Below are positions 10,901 to 18,994 of a DNA stretch of 64,000 bases, one piece after another. Source of the stretch: a virus (taxonomy: Duplodnaviria; Caudoviricetes); the IMG/VR virus record IMGVR_UViG_2521172628_000001, positions 16,261 to 80,260 of that record; one strand, given 5' to 3'. The position numbers and the translations under genes were made by a program. The notes beneath the pieces were generated by a model. The model was given only the letters and a program-made list of their open reading frames with translations, made no database searches and had not been told where the DNA came from. Numbering within the stretch: position 1 is the stretch's first letter; each line of letters opens with the position of its first letter.

Positions 10901-12539
10901 GGGAGAGGCGGGCCATGGCGTCGCCAAGCTTGTTCGCTGCCGCGGCCCCGGCTGTCTGGGCGTCGGCGAGTGCCCGGGCGGCGTCCGCTACCGCATCCTG
11001 CGCGTCCTTGATCTCCCGGGCCCCGTCGACCGCAGCCTTGCGGGCAGCCTCCCGGGCGTCGGCGACGTCCCGCTCGGCGAGCATGACCCGCTGCAAGCCG
11101 TCCTGGGTGGTGCGGGCCTGGTCGAGCTCCGCATCCTTCAGTGCCTGCGTCTTGTCAACGACGGCCTGGTTGGCGTCGACGATGCCCTGCTTGGCGTCCG
11201 TGACCGTCTTCGAGCCCTCGACGCCGGCCTTGTTGGCGTCGGCGGTCTGCTGCTGGAGGCGGGCGGTCTCGGTCTGCTGCTCCTCCAGAGCCTGAACGGC
11301 CTTGTCGTACTGCAACTGCGCCTTGTCGAACTCTTCCTGCCCCGCCTTGCCGCCCTTGGCCTTGACCGCGGCGAGTTCCTGTTCGGCGTCCTGAAGGTCC
11401 AGCACCTTCTGCCGCTGGTCCAACTGGGCGTCTTCGAGCCGGTTGTTGAGGTCTTCGAGATCCTGGGCGGCTTCCTTGCGGGCGTCGTTCAGGTCGCGCT
11501 GTGCCTGCCGTGCCGCGCGCTGGGCGTCGGCGAGGTCACGTTCCGCGGAGGCGACCTGCTGGGCTGCGCGCCGGTTGGCGTCCGCGGTGTCCTGCACGGT
11601 GTTCTTCAGGTCGCGCTGGGCGTCCTCGATCTGCCGGGCCGCCGCGACCCGGGCCTCAGCCGCGCGCTGCTCGGCGTCCTTCACACCCTGCTGCGCCTTC
11701 GCCAGCGACCGCTGCGCGTTCTCCAGCGCCCGCGTGGACTTGGTGGCCGCGCTGGCGGACGACGTCGCCGGCGCGAACGCGGCCTTGAAGGCGTCCCCGA
11801 TCCCGCTGGTGCCGACCTTGACCGCAGCGAACGCCGTCGCCAGCGACAGCACTGCGGGCGCAGCCACAGCAGCGGCCGGGCCCATCGCGGCGATCGACTG
11901 CACCAAGGAGGCGACCGTCGGGAGCGCGCCCACGGCGAGGGCGGCGAGTTGGGCGATGCGGGAGGACAGGATGCCGATCCCGCCCGCCGCACCACTGGTC
12001 CCTCCGCCGCCCAGTCCGCCCAGTCCGCCGAGGAGGCGGGCGCGAACGTTGACGTTGCGGTCGCGGGTCAGGAAGCGGAGGCTGTTCGCGGCGTCTGTGG
12101 TGTCGGCGCGCGCCTGCACAGTCATCTGTCGGCGCCGCACAAGGTTGGCGATGGAGTCGGCGGCGACGCGGGTGTCGACGTCGATGCCGATGCGGACGGT
12201 GCGCCGCTGAGTGAGGTTGCGGATCTCGTTTGCGGCGACGCGGGTGTCGACGGAGGCGCGGATGTTGACGACGCGGTCCGCGGTGAGCCGGTCGAGTTGC
12301 TGGGTGACGCGCCGCTTGGAGGCCTCGTTGAGGTCGGCGTCGATGACCGCCTTCAACACGGTGCGGGCGTGGTCGTCGGCGAACCGCCTGAGTTTGGCGA
12401 GGGCGACGGTGTCGTCGAGGTCGAGGGTGACGGTGGCCTTGTTTCGCTTCGACTTGAGGCGGTCCATGGCGCGGTCGTATTCGGACTCGTCGGCGGTTAC
12501 CTCGACGTATCCCTCGGCAATGCGGAACGCGCCTGCCAT
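7941..12539 (-). CDS. Tape measure protein with C-terminal NlpC/P60-like peptidase
   Basis: 1532 aa Ala-rich coiled coil, hydrophobic and W/F periodic repeats; PYQWAG..WDCSG..GHT motif. Confidence 0.92.
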   Translation of the reverse strand: MAGAFRIAEGYVEVTADESEYDRAMDRLKSKRNKATVTLDLDDTVALAKLRRFADDHARTVLKAVIDADLNEASKRRVTQQLDRLTADRVVNIRASVDTRVAANEIRNLTQRRTVRIGIDVDTRVAADSIANLVRRRQMTVQARADTTDAANSLRFLTRDRNVNVRARLLGGLGGLGGGGTSGAAGGIGILSSRIAQLAALAVGALPTVASLVQSIAAMGPAAAVAAPAVLSLATAFAAVKVGTSGIGDAFKAAFAPATSSASAATKSTRALENAQRSLAKAQQGVKDAEQRAAEARVAAARQIEDAQRDLKNTVQDTADANRRAAQQVASAERDLADAQRAARQAQRDLNDARKEAAQDLEDLNNRLEDAQLDQRQKVLDLQDAEQELAAVKAKGGKAGQEEFDKAQLQYDKAVQALEEQQTETARLQQQTADANKAGVEGSKTVTDAKQGIVDANQAVVDKTQALKDAELDQARTTQDGLQRVMLAERDVADAREAARKAAVDGAREIKDAQDAVADAARALADAQTAGAAAANKLGDAMARLSPNAREFVGAVIAQGAAWRGLKLDVQDRLMAGLGQTFTQLSTAVIPPLRGGLGGMADTLNRMAKNAATAIIELSKTGQLRQMFDGVNAGFGNLNRVPAQFLTGLTQLSIAAAPAFDRITQAAAGAADRISQKLSQGLASGSLTESINGAIDVAKQFGDLLGDIFGTLNNVMKAAAAGGGDALGALGSVFAELRRITAMPDVQQALTSIFTAVNAIAKLVAGTLGAVIQAALPLLSALAPVVTELATKFGPVLADLARALGEALMPIMDALLPVLSDIGDILVGLVRAVMPLLKPIGDVLGAIVTALAPVISAVGAALVPVVAALAQGLKPVVGALVPIVQVLGQFIAQLTPAMVPITTALIPLLPALAELTVSLLNLALQVIAPLLPLIAQLASMMAGTLAGAVGILVPVITTVIGWLTKFMDTVTGVVKWIVDQFQHLYDVLVGHSIIPDLVKAIISWFTSLWTKTKEIFNQLKQGVIDRWNALWKAVTDRWSSFWNGLRTALGNAKTSVLNWVTGLKTSFTNTWNSLWNTAVSKTTSIFTTLRGKISDFKTSMLNSVKALRDGVGTLWAGIQSKFAAPVKWVVSHVYNNGLRKMWNSIAGKINSKISLPTISLGFQKGGVVPGSGKGDKVPAMLEPGERILSNPQVDRLGGHRAIDAMLGQDRPTKTGGNPSRQEEKTRYQGPTQHYAEGGIVGKVTGAIGGAVGSVASWAKDVVVGGLKAAAQKALSALVRPLIAQIPGGNAGIGGLLKGLSNRAVDGMMSWFTSEDKKAVGGPAVQKALSWAKSQSGLPYQWAGNGNPSWDCSGFMSAIESVIRGERPHRRWATGSFPPGPSGWVRNLNSPFMIGITNAGVGHTAGTLAGVNFESSGGRGVHYGKTARGYNDPMFTSRWGFAPAAKYDNGGLLQPGATMAVNKTGRPERILDPQQTALFEQLVTNGAGGGMSVTVNMTVKSLTMPTPAEARRFANDMAAYTKEAIRKFDKERA

Positions 12540-12950
12540 CTACCCTCCCTGCGCGACGCTCACGAGCCCGGGGAACTGGGCCCGGAACTGGGTCAGTGAG
12601 ACTTCGGTCGTCTCGCTGCTGCCGCCCTGTGCGGGGGCGGCGGTGGTGCTGGTGCGGGTTGGGGTGGTGCGGGGTTCCGTGCGCTCGCGTTCCTCTTCGG
12701 CGAGGGCGGCGAGGACGCCTTGGTAGGCGGTGAGTCGGTGGACGAGGGCGAAGTAGCGGCGGGCAGAGATCTCGTCGCGTTCCAGGTCGATCCGGTACAC
12801 GGCGAGGAAGTCGGCGTCGATGTCGTCCAGGTGGTCGAGAACCGGTAGGAGTTGTTCGACGCGGTCGCCGATGGCTTCGGCGCAGTCGGGTTCCTTGATC
12901 TCGTCGAGCAGTCGCAGCCAGGGGCGGCGGCTGTCTACTTCGCTTTTCCC
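12540..12950 (-). CDS. Tail assembly chaperone, -1 frameshift (GT) extension
   Basis: Open -1 frame (GGKSEVDSRRPW...) entered at slippery GGGAAAA. Confidence 0.8.
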   Translation of the reverse strand, partial: GKSEVDSRRPWLRLLDEIKEPDCAEAIGDRVEQLLPVLDHLDDIDADFLAVYRIDLERDEISARRYFALVHRLTAYQGVLAALAEEERERTEPRTTPTRTSTTAAPAQGGSSETTEVSLTQFRAQFPGLVSVAQGG

Positions 12951-13327
12951 TCCTTCGTCTTCCGTCCGAGGGCGAGGTCGAGAACCTTGTTGATGATCCA
13001 TTCCATCTGGTCCTCGGTGAGGGCCTTGGACTGCTCCAGCGCCATGTAGGCGTCCTCGCCGAGGACGGCAGTCAGGAGGGGGGCGGTGGCGAGGTCGCGG
13101 CCGTGCTCGCGGGCCTCGCGCAGGTACTGGAGGGCGACGCCGGGCGGGATGGACTTCGGGATCGTGTACGGGTCGTCGCCGACGTAGAAGAGGGGGACGC
13201 GCTCCTCGACGACGTCGTCGTTGGCGGCGATCCGCAGGGGCTCGAAGTCGAGGGCGTCTTCGGTGCTGGTGGGCTTGGCGGCGGCCCTCTTGCGGGCCGC
13301 TGTCGTCTGACGTGTGGTGGATGCCAT
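12935..13327 (-). CDS. Tail assembly chaperone (G)
   Basis: Between major tail and TMP; GAGGAG RBS; ends EGKAK. Confidence 0.85.
   Translation of the reverse strand: MASTTRQTTAARKRAAAKPTSTEDALDFEPLRIAANDDVVEERVPLFYVGDDPYTIPKSIPPGVALQYLREAREHGRDLATAPLLTAVLGEDAYMALEQSKALTEDQMEWIINKVLDLALGRKTKEGKAK
12944..12950 (-). other. Programmed -1 frameshift site G GGA AAA
   Basis: X XXY YYZ heptamer in frame just before the TAC stop codon. Confidence 0.85.
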
Positions 13328-13365
13328 GGTCGTGCTCCTCGGTGCGGGCAGAGGTGGACAGTCGA

Positions 13366-13926
13366 CTAGCTGGTCTGGTCGACGATGTGGATGGGCGCGA
13401 TGCTCCCGGACACGAAGTGCACTGCGAACTTCGCCGGAATCAAGGTCTGCTTGTCCTTGGTGTAGGCCAGGTCGACGCTGTCGACGTTCAGGACCTTCCG
13501 GCCGATGATCCGGCGCCGGAACTGCTGCGGCGCATAGCCGTCGAGGATCACCGCGAAGTAGTTCGGCTGCGTCGCGCTGGACGTGACGTTCGGCTCGTAG
13601 GACTTCCAGCCGGCACCCGACGCGGATGTACCTCCGTTGAGGGTGAGCGACAGGTTCTCCAGCGTCGCCTCGGCCAGCGACGTCTCGATGGTGTAGTCGG
13701 CCTTCGTCAGGCGGGAGCCGACGCGCAGCGTGATCTGGTCGACCTCCAGCTCCGAGTAGGTCTGGTCGGCGCCGAACTTGACGCCGTCCTGGGTGCCGCC
13801 GAGGTCCGTCCAGGCCGAGGTGGCCGGGGTGGAGTTGACCGCGGCGTCGGTCGGCTCCGTCGCGCCGAAAGCGCCCGAGTAGAGGGTTGCCGGCCCCTGA
13901 ATGAGGTTTCCGGTGTTCACCGACAT
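13366..13926 (-). CDS. Major tail (tube) protein
   Basis: NLIQGPATLY...WTDLGGTQDGV...SLAEATLENL pattern; position before TAC. Confidence 0.85.
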   Translation of the reverse strand: MSVNTGNLIQGPATLYSGAFGATEPTDAAVNSTPATSAWTDLGGTQDGVKFGADQTYSELEVDQITLRVGSRLTKADYTIETSLAEATLENLSLTLNGGTSASGAGWKSYEPNVTSSATQPNYFAVILDGYAPQQFRRRIIGRKVLNVDSVDLAYTKDKQTLIPAKFAVHFVSGSIAPIHIVDQTS

Positions 13927-13928
13927 GA

Positions 13929-14147
13929 TCAGTTCTCCTTGCTTGCGGCCGAGGACGGCTTCTTCGGCGCGACCATCGCGGGCTGCGGCGGTGCTTCAGG
14001 GGCCGCCGGGGCCGCGGTTGCGGGGGGCACTTCCTCCTCGGCGGTCTCCTGGACGAGAAGGCCCTGCCGCTGCAGGTCGAGGTACTCGGCGTCGTCGACC
14101 TCGATTTCCTGGTCAGGGCGCATGGTGGTGCGGACCGTGTGGGTCAT
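13929..14147 (-). CDS. Small hypothetical virion-module protein
   Basis: MTHTVRTTMRPDQEIEVDDAEYLDLQRQGLL; AGGAG RBS. Confidence 0.7.
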   Translation of the reverse strand: MTHTVRTTMRPDQEIEVDDAEYLDLQRQGLLVQETAEEEVPPATAAPAAPEAPPQPAMVAPKKPSSAASKEN

Positions 14148-14374
14148 CGGTACTGGCTCCTGTCGAGCGGGAACTGGTGGTGGGAGTAGTGCGGGTGGAA
14201 GCGGAGCTCGATGGTCTGCTCGGGCGGGATGCTCGGCGGGCAGGGGATGATGCGGATGTTTCCGACGAGGAGGAACTCCAGCTCGGCGCGGTCGCCGTGC
14301 ACGAGGACTTTGCCGCCATAGGAGAGGAGTTGCCCGTGCAGCCGGTCTTCCTGGATCGCCCACATGCGGCTCAC
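14144..14374 (-). CDS. Hypothetical protein
   Basis: VSRMWAIQEDR...; overlaps both neighbours. Confidence 0.65.
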   Translation of the reverse strand: MSRMWAIQEDRLHGQLLSYGGKVLVHGDRAELEFLLVGNIRIIPCPPSIPPEQTIELRFHPHYSHHQFPLDRSQYR

Positions 14375-14838
14375 GGCGGCACCTCCGTCCATGCGATGAC
14401 GAGGCCGGGGATGTCGTAGCGGGCGTAGGGGGATGCGTCGTCGGGGATGCGGCGCGGATCCCCGACCGTGTATGCCGATTTGATCTGCACGCCCGGGTAG
14501 CTGCCCGGGAGTTCGAGGAGGGTCTTCGAGATGTTCGGGTGGTCCAGACAGGCGGCGACGATCGCCTCCGCCAGGTTCGACGCCTGCCCCCACGGGGGCT
14601 TCTGCGAGCCGGGGTTGACCGCCCAGCAGGACACGCCCATCACCGGTGTCCGCAGGGGGACGTAGATGTTGGAGGAGCCGCCGGTCACGACGTGGGTGAC
14701 AAACCCGCCGTCGGCCCACGAGAGGGTGCCGTCCGTCCCGGGCTTCGGCAGGGTGGTCGACACCCGGTCGCCGACAACGGTCTTCAGCCAAGCTGTCGTG
14801 ACGAGTTCCGGGGTGGCGTGCAGCGTGGGCGTCGTCAT
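14371..14838 (-). CDS. Putative tail terminator
   Basis: Synteny (neck module), 155 aa. Confidence 0.6.
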   Translation of the reverse strand: MTTPTLHATPELVTTAWLKTVVGDRVSTTLPKPGTDGTLSWADGGFVTHVVTGGSSNIYVPLRTPVMGVSCWAVNPGSQKPPWGQASNLAEAIVAACLDHPNISKTLLELPGSYPGVQIKSAYTVGDPRRIPDDASPYARYDIPGLVIAWTEVPP

Positions 14839-15206
14839 GCCGTCCTCCGCTGGAAGAGGGCCGGACGCAGGTACGGCATCGGCGGTGTGCCGGGGTGGTT
14901 GACGCGGGCCACGGGGTGGTCGGCGTCGGGCCAGTGCAACGCCTTCTTGTTCCGCGGCAGGATGACGTGCGGGGCGGTGCCCATCTCGACGTCGGTGGCG
15001 TAGTTGCAGTCGAGGGAGCCGACGCGCAGCACCTTGTCATGGCATTCGGAGCGCAGGGAGTCGTGCAGGCGGCCGGAGCGCTTGTGTACGTAGCCGCGGG
15101 CGTCGCCGAGGATGGCGGGGCCGATGGTGTCGCCCAGCCAGTCGTTGATCGCCGCGTCGACGTGTGCGCGCGCTGAGGGGTCGATCCGCACACCGGATCG
15201 CGCCAT
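14835..15206 (-). CDS. HK97 gp10-like tail completion protein
   Basis: SGRLHDSL...YATDVEMGTAPH...HPGTPPMPYLRPAL signature. Confidence 0.8.
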   Translation of the reverse strand: MARSGVRIDPSARAHVDAAINDWLGDTIGPAILGDARGYVHKRSGRLHDSLRSECHDKVLRVGSLDCNYATDVEMGTAPHVILPRNKKALHWPDADHPVARVNHPGTPPMPYLRPALFQRRTA

Positions 15207-15308
15207 GGCCGCCTCCTCTCCGAAGGTGGTCGTTCTGGTGGCCGCCCGGTCTCCCCGGGCATGTGGCCTGTTCAGTTCTTGATCACGTTGCGGGCATCCG
15301 CAAAGCGA

Positions 15309-15638
15309 TCAGGTGGTGCGCCGCAGGTCGACGCGTCGGTCGACTGCGAGTGCGGGGTTGGTCATCGACGAGACGGCCTCGACGATGTAGACCGCGCCGG
15401 TGCGCTCGTCACGCACCCGGTCCTGGTCGGTGATGTCGGTGTTCGCCGGCACCCGGGCGACGGCGTAGCGGACGATCCGCGGGGTCGGGTTCTCGCGGGT
15501 GGTCACCCGCCGCGTCTGCTCGATCAGCGACGCGGGGATGCCAGTGGCGTGCGGGGTGTTCGTGTCCCGCTCATCGCCAAACGCGTCTTCCTCGGTGCCA
15601 CGGAGGACGGCGATCGTGGTGGTGGCGACGGCCTGCAT
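15309..15638 (-). CDS. Putative head-tail stopper
   Basis: TIAVLRG..DAFGDE..DITDQDRVRDERTGAVYIVEAV; synteny. Confidence 0.65.
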   Translation of the reverse strand: MQAVATTTIAVLRGTEEDAFGDERDTNTPHATGIPASLIEQTRRVTTRENPTPRIVRYAVARVPANTDITDQDRVRDERTGAVYIVEAVSSMTNPALAVDRRVDLRRTT

Positions 15639-16081
15639 CACGCACCCCCCGCATACGGGGTCCACGCCTGCTGGTCGTCCGCGGCCTCCAGCAGCGGATT
15701 GCCGACCACGCCCGCCCCCTCCAGGGCCGAGCGGATGTGGACGGTCCGCGACCGCATCCACGACACCCGGCGCAGTGCGCGGGCGGCCATGGGTGCGAGG
15801 ACCAGGCCGTCGCCCTGCAGCGTGGTGGACACCTGGTCCTGCTGGATCTGCGTGGCATCCAGCCGCGTCTCCAGCCCGAACTGGCCCGCCAGCCAAGCTG
15901 CCTGTCGGGCGACGGCCCGGCCCAGCCAGTAGAGATCCCTCGACCGCATTCGATCCCTGTCGGCGTAGATACGGTTCGAGAAGATCTCGATGTCTGACTG
16001 CGCCTGGGCAAGCTGCTGATCCGTCACTGAGACGCCGGTGGCGTCGATGACGTCCTGCGCGGTCGCCCAGGCGTTGACCAT
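15638..16081 (-). CDS. Putative head-to-tail adaptor
   Basis: WATAQDV start, RAVARQAAW; synteny. Confidence 0.65.
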   Translation of the reverse strand: MVNAWATAQDVIDATGVSVTDQQLAQAQSDIEIFSNRIYADRDRMRSRDLYWLGRAVARQAAWLAGQFGLETRLDATQIQQDQVSTTLQGDGLVLAPMAARALRRVSWMRSRTVHIRSALEGAGVVGNPLLEAADDQQAWTPYAGGA

Positions 16082-16082
16082 G

Positions 16083-16502
16083 TCAGCCCCTGCCCGCGGT
16101 GCCGGTGTCGCCGCCCACGCTCTCGATAACGTCGCGCGGCGTGGTGGTGTCCTGCGGCTGGTCGTCGACCGATGACGGCACCGTGTTCACGCTGTACGTG
16201 AGGATCAGCGACAGGCCGTCGGGGTGGTCTTCGGAGCCGTCGAACGTGGCCTTGCCGCGCGGGTGCAGGCCGCGCTGGATGGCCTCGTTGGCGACGGCCG
16301 CAGCGTTCGCATCGTGGGCCGCCTCCTCGTCGCGGGCAGGCCACGACGACTTCAGGACCACGAACTCCTTGACGTAGCGGGTGCCTTCGGCGCCGTCCGC
16401 CGAGCGTTCGTCGACCTCGACGGCCGCCTCGCCGTCCTTGGCGGGGAACTGCTTGGTGCGCGCTTCGGCCGTGCTGCTGGTGGTCTTCTTCGCTGCTGCC
16501 AT
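16083..16502 (-). CDS. Hypothetical head-module protein
   Basis: GGAGGTGA RBS; directly after capsid. Confidence 0.75.
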   Translation of the reverse strand: MAAAKKTTSSTAEARTKQFPAKDGEAAVEVDERSADGAEGTRYVKEFVVLKSSWPARDEEAAHDANAAAVANEAIQRGLHPRGKATFDGSEDHPDGLSLILTYSVNTVPSSVDDQPQDTTTPRDVIESVGGDTGTAGRG

Positions 16503-16522
16503 GGCTCACCTCCCATCTGCCG

Positions 16523-16553
16523 CCGCACCGCCCGGAGCCGTCGGGCGGTGCGG
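16523..16553 (-). terminator. Stem-loop after major capsid gene
   Basis: 12-bp perfect inverted repeat CCGCACCGCCCG/CGGGCGGTGCGG. Confidence 0.6.
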
Positions 16554-16567
16554 GGTTCAGGAGTGGG

Positions 16568-17473
16568 TCAGCCGACGAGGATGGCGGCACCGGCGGGGTG
16601 GCCGTAGGCCCATCCGCGGCGGGCGCGCATCTTCAGCAGGGACTCGTCGGTCAGGGAACTCGTTCCGTCGCGTCCGTCGATGAACACGGACTCGGGGCCG
16701 GAGCGGACGCCGAGGAGCATGAGGTCGGTGGAGACGAACGCCATGATGGGCCGGCCAGCCGGGGACGCGGTGGCCGTCGGCGAGGTGCGGGCGCCGAGCG
16801 ACCAGCGGATCGGGACGCCGAAGATGGTGTCGGGGGTCCCAGCCAGGCCCTCGATGAAAATGGGGCGACTCTGGCCATCGAGGATCCCTCGAAGGCTCTT
16901 CTTGAAACCGGGGTGGGCGATGGCGAGCATCGTGCCCGGGTCGTAGTAGTCGCCAGCCTCGACGAATCCGATGGTGCTGGAGAAGTCGGCGTAGGTAGCG
17001 CCAGCGGATCCCGAGACGGTGATGTTGCTGCTGCCGGTGTAGCCGATGTTGTTGTCGGTGGTGGCCAGCAGGTTGTACAGGGACTGGAAGGGGACGCCGG
17101 TGCCGGGGGCCGCGGTGACGGCGAGGCACGCGTTGTCGAGGATCTTCGCGTAGGAGATGCCCCAGTCCTTCATCTTCACCGCGAGGGTGTTGGGGAGGGC
17201 ATCGTTGATGTCCTCCTCCGCGATGCGGACGACCTTGCCGAACTTCTTCGCGGTCAGGGTGACGTCGTCGTTGAGGCTGGTGTCCTCGCCGTAGGCGCTG
17301 CCCTTGTCGATGACCTCGACGCCCATTCCGGCGGAGCGGGGGGCGTGGCGGGTGTCGCTCGTCATGGGGAGCCGGTTGGCGACGGCTTCGACGACGGAGG
17401 TTGCGGTGATGCGCTGAATGACGGCCGAGTCGTATTCCTCGGGGATCCAGGCTTCCATGGTGTTGCGCGCCAT
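16568..17473 (-). CDS. Major capsid protein (HK97 fold)
   Basis: WIPEEY..VTLTAKKFGKVVRIAEE..DGQSRPIF..TIFGVPI motifs; AGGAGG RBS. Confidence 0.92.
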   Translation of the reverse strand: MARNTMEAWIPEEYDSAVIQRITATSVVEAVANRLPMTSDTRHAPRSAGMGVEVIDKGSAYGEDTSLNDDVTLTAKKFGKVVRIAEEDINDALPNTLAVKMKDWGISYAKILDNACLAVTAAPGTGVPFQSLYNLLATTDNNIGYTGSSNITVSGSAGATYADFSSTIGFVEAGDYYDPGTMLAIAHPGFKKSLRGILDGQSRPIFIEGLAGTPDTIFGVPIRWSLGARTSPTATASPAGRPIMAFVSTDLMLLGVRSGPESVFIDGRDGTSSLTDESLLKMRARRGWAYGHPAGAAILVG

Positions 17474-17608
17474 TGGGCCCTCCTGCGGGCGGCGTGATGG
17501 GGACGGCTGGTGGGCTCTGGCCCCATCACGGGCGCCTTCGCAAGCAAGGGTGGCGGCCTGATTCGATCACCGAATCAATTCACCTAGCGATGAATATACC
17601 TTGGTTTG

Positions 17609-18379
17609 TCAAGCACGACCCAGGGCACGCAGCGCGTGCTGCTCCGCAGCCGACTTCGGCTTGTCCGGGGCGGCCGGACGCGGCGCCGCCGTGGGCCGCA
17701 CCTTTGGCTTCGCCTTCGCCGCCGGCTCGAACAGCTCCGGGTAGTCGGCGCGCAGCCCGTCGATCTGCTCGTCGACGCCGAGGACTTCGCCGTCGTCGTC
17801 GATGCTCAGGTCACCGACGTCGACCAGCTTCATCAGCCGGGCGATGCGGGCCTCGGTCTTCTCCTTGTCGCCCTCGACCGCAGTCGTTGCTCCGGCTTCG
17901 ATGAGGGCGGCGCGCACGGCCTTGCGGACGGCGATCGGCTTGTACCGTGCCTCAGCCTTCTCCTCGGCTTCCCGGACGGCCCGCTCCGTCTCGGTCTCCT
18001 GCTCCTTGTACTTGTCGCGCAACTCGTTGAGGGTGCGCTGGACTTCCAGCTTCTCTTCCTTGCGCTTGCGGAGCGTTCGCCGGACCCGCTCCCACTCCTC
18101 GCGGGACGGCGGCACGTACTCGCCTGCGGGCTCCGGGTCCGGGTCGTCGTCCCCCGCGGGCGGCTTGGGCTTCGGCGCGGTGTCCGGCTCCGGGTCGTCG
18201 TCGCCTTCGGGCTCCGGCTCAGGGTCCGGGTCGGCGCCGACCTCGACGTCGATGTCGTCGTCCTCGGCGCCGCCGGCGATGACGTGGATCGGCCGTCCGT
18301 CGGCGCGGTAGCCGAGGATGCTGCTGGGCGGCAGACTGATGGCCCGGCGGCGGCTGCGGGTGGTGGTGTGGATGCCCAT
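17609..18379 (-). CDS. Scaffolding protein
   Basis: ILGYRADGRPIHVIAGG, acidic/Pro linker, coiled coil, YPELF; upstream of capsid. Confidence 0.85.
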   Translation of the reverse strand: MGIHTTTRSRRRAISLPPSSILGYRADGRPIHVIAGGAEDDDIDVEVGADPDPEPEPEGDDDPEPDTAPKPKPPAGDDDPDPEPAGEYVPPSREEWERVRRTLRKRKEEKLEVQRTLNELRDKYKEQETETERAVREAEEKAEARYKPIAVRKAVRAALIEAGATTAVEGDKEKTEARIARLMKLVDVGDLSIDDDGEVLGVDEQIDGLRADYPELFEPAAKAKPKVRPTAAPRPAAPDKPKSAAEQHALRALGRA

Positions 18380-18434
18380 CTGTGTTCTCCCATCACGGGG
18401 TTGGTGGCAGCCCATCGGCGGGCGCCGGGGCGAG

Positions 18435-18983
18435 TTACTGCCCCTTCGTGGCGAGGCTGTCCATGTACTGCGCGCGGACCCGGTTGTGTCGCGCATCTGC
18501 GAGCGCGTTGTGCACGCCGTCCGGCTGCTGGGGCAGTGTCGGATTGCCGAGCCGCTCGCACTCCTGCCGCAGGTCGTTGGTCCACATGGGGATGCCGTCC
18601 GGAAGGTCGATCATCGGACCGAAGAGCTGTGCAAGGGCGACATGGTCATAGGCGCCGTACCAGGCCCACAGTTGCGGGTCGGGCGTGGCCTGGATGAACT
18701 TGGCGACCTGGGTGGCGATGGTCGTCCGGTGCTTCACCACGGGGTCGGCGTAATGGAACAGCCAGCGCTTCGGCATGTGGATGCGGGCATCTCCGTGGCC
18801 CTTCGGGAGGGACGGGACGACGTTCTCCATCAGCCACTTGTGCTTCCGGATCTTGCGAACGGGCATGTCACGGTTCACCGCGTAGTACTCGCGGCCGTCC
18901 TCAGCAACCATGCCGATCGAGATGAGGTCGATGTGACGACCGTCCTCGATGAACTCGGTGTCGTAGAAGATGCGCATGGTCAC
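18435..18983 (-). CDS. DEDD 3'-5' exoribonuclease (Rv2179c/RNase AS-like, DUF5051)
   Basis: RIFYDTEF..LISIGMVAEDGREYYAV, AYDHV, HNALADAR. Confidence 0.85.
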   Translation of the reverse strand: MTMRIFYDTEFIEDGRHIDLISIGMVAEDGREYYAVNRDMPVRKIRKHKWLMENVVPSLPKGHGDARIHMPKRWLFHYADPVVKHRTTIATQVAKFIQATPDPQLWAWYGAYDHVALAQLFGPMIDLPDGIPMWTNDLRQECERLGNPTLPQQPDGVHNALADARHNRVRAQYMDSLATKGQ

Positions 18984-18994
18984 GGCTCCTTGAG

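Noticed and set aside
4027-12726. Long plus-strand and alternative-frame ORFs over tail genes (e.g. 4773..6281, 10512..12599, 6287..7927)
   Set aside because: Shadow ORFs typical of high-GC DNA; Arg/Gly/Pro-rich with no motifs, overlapping well-supported genes
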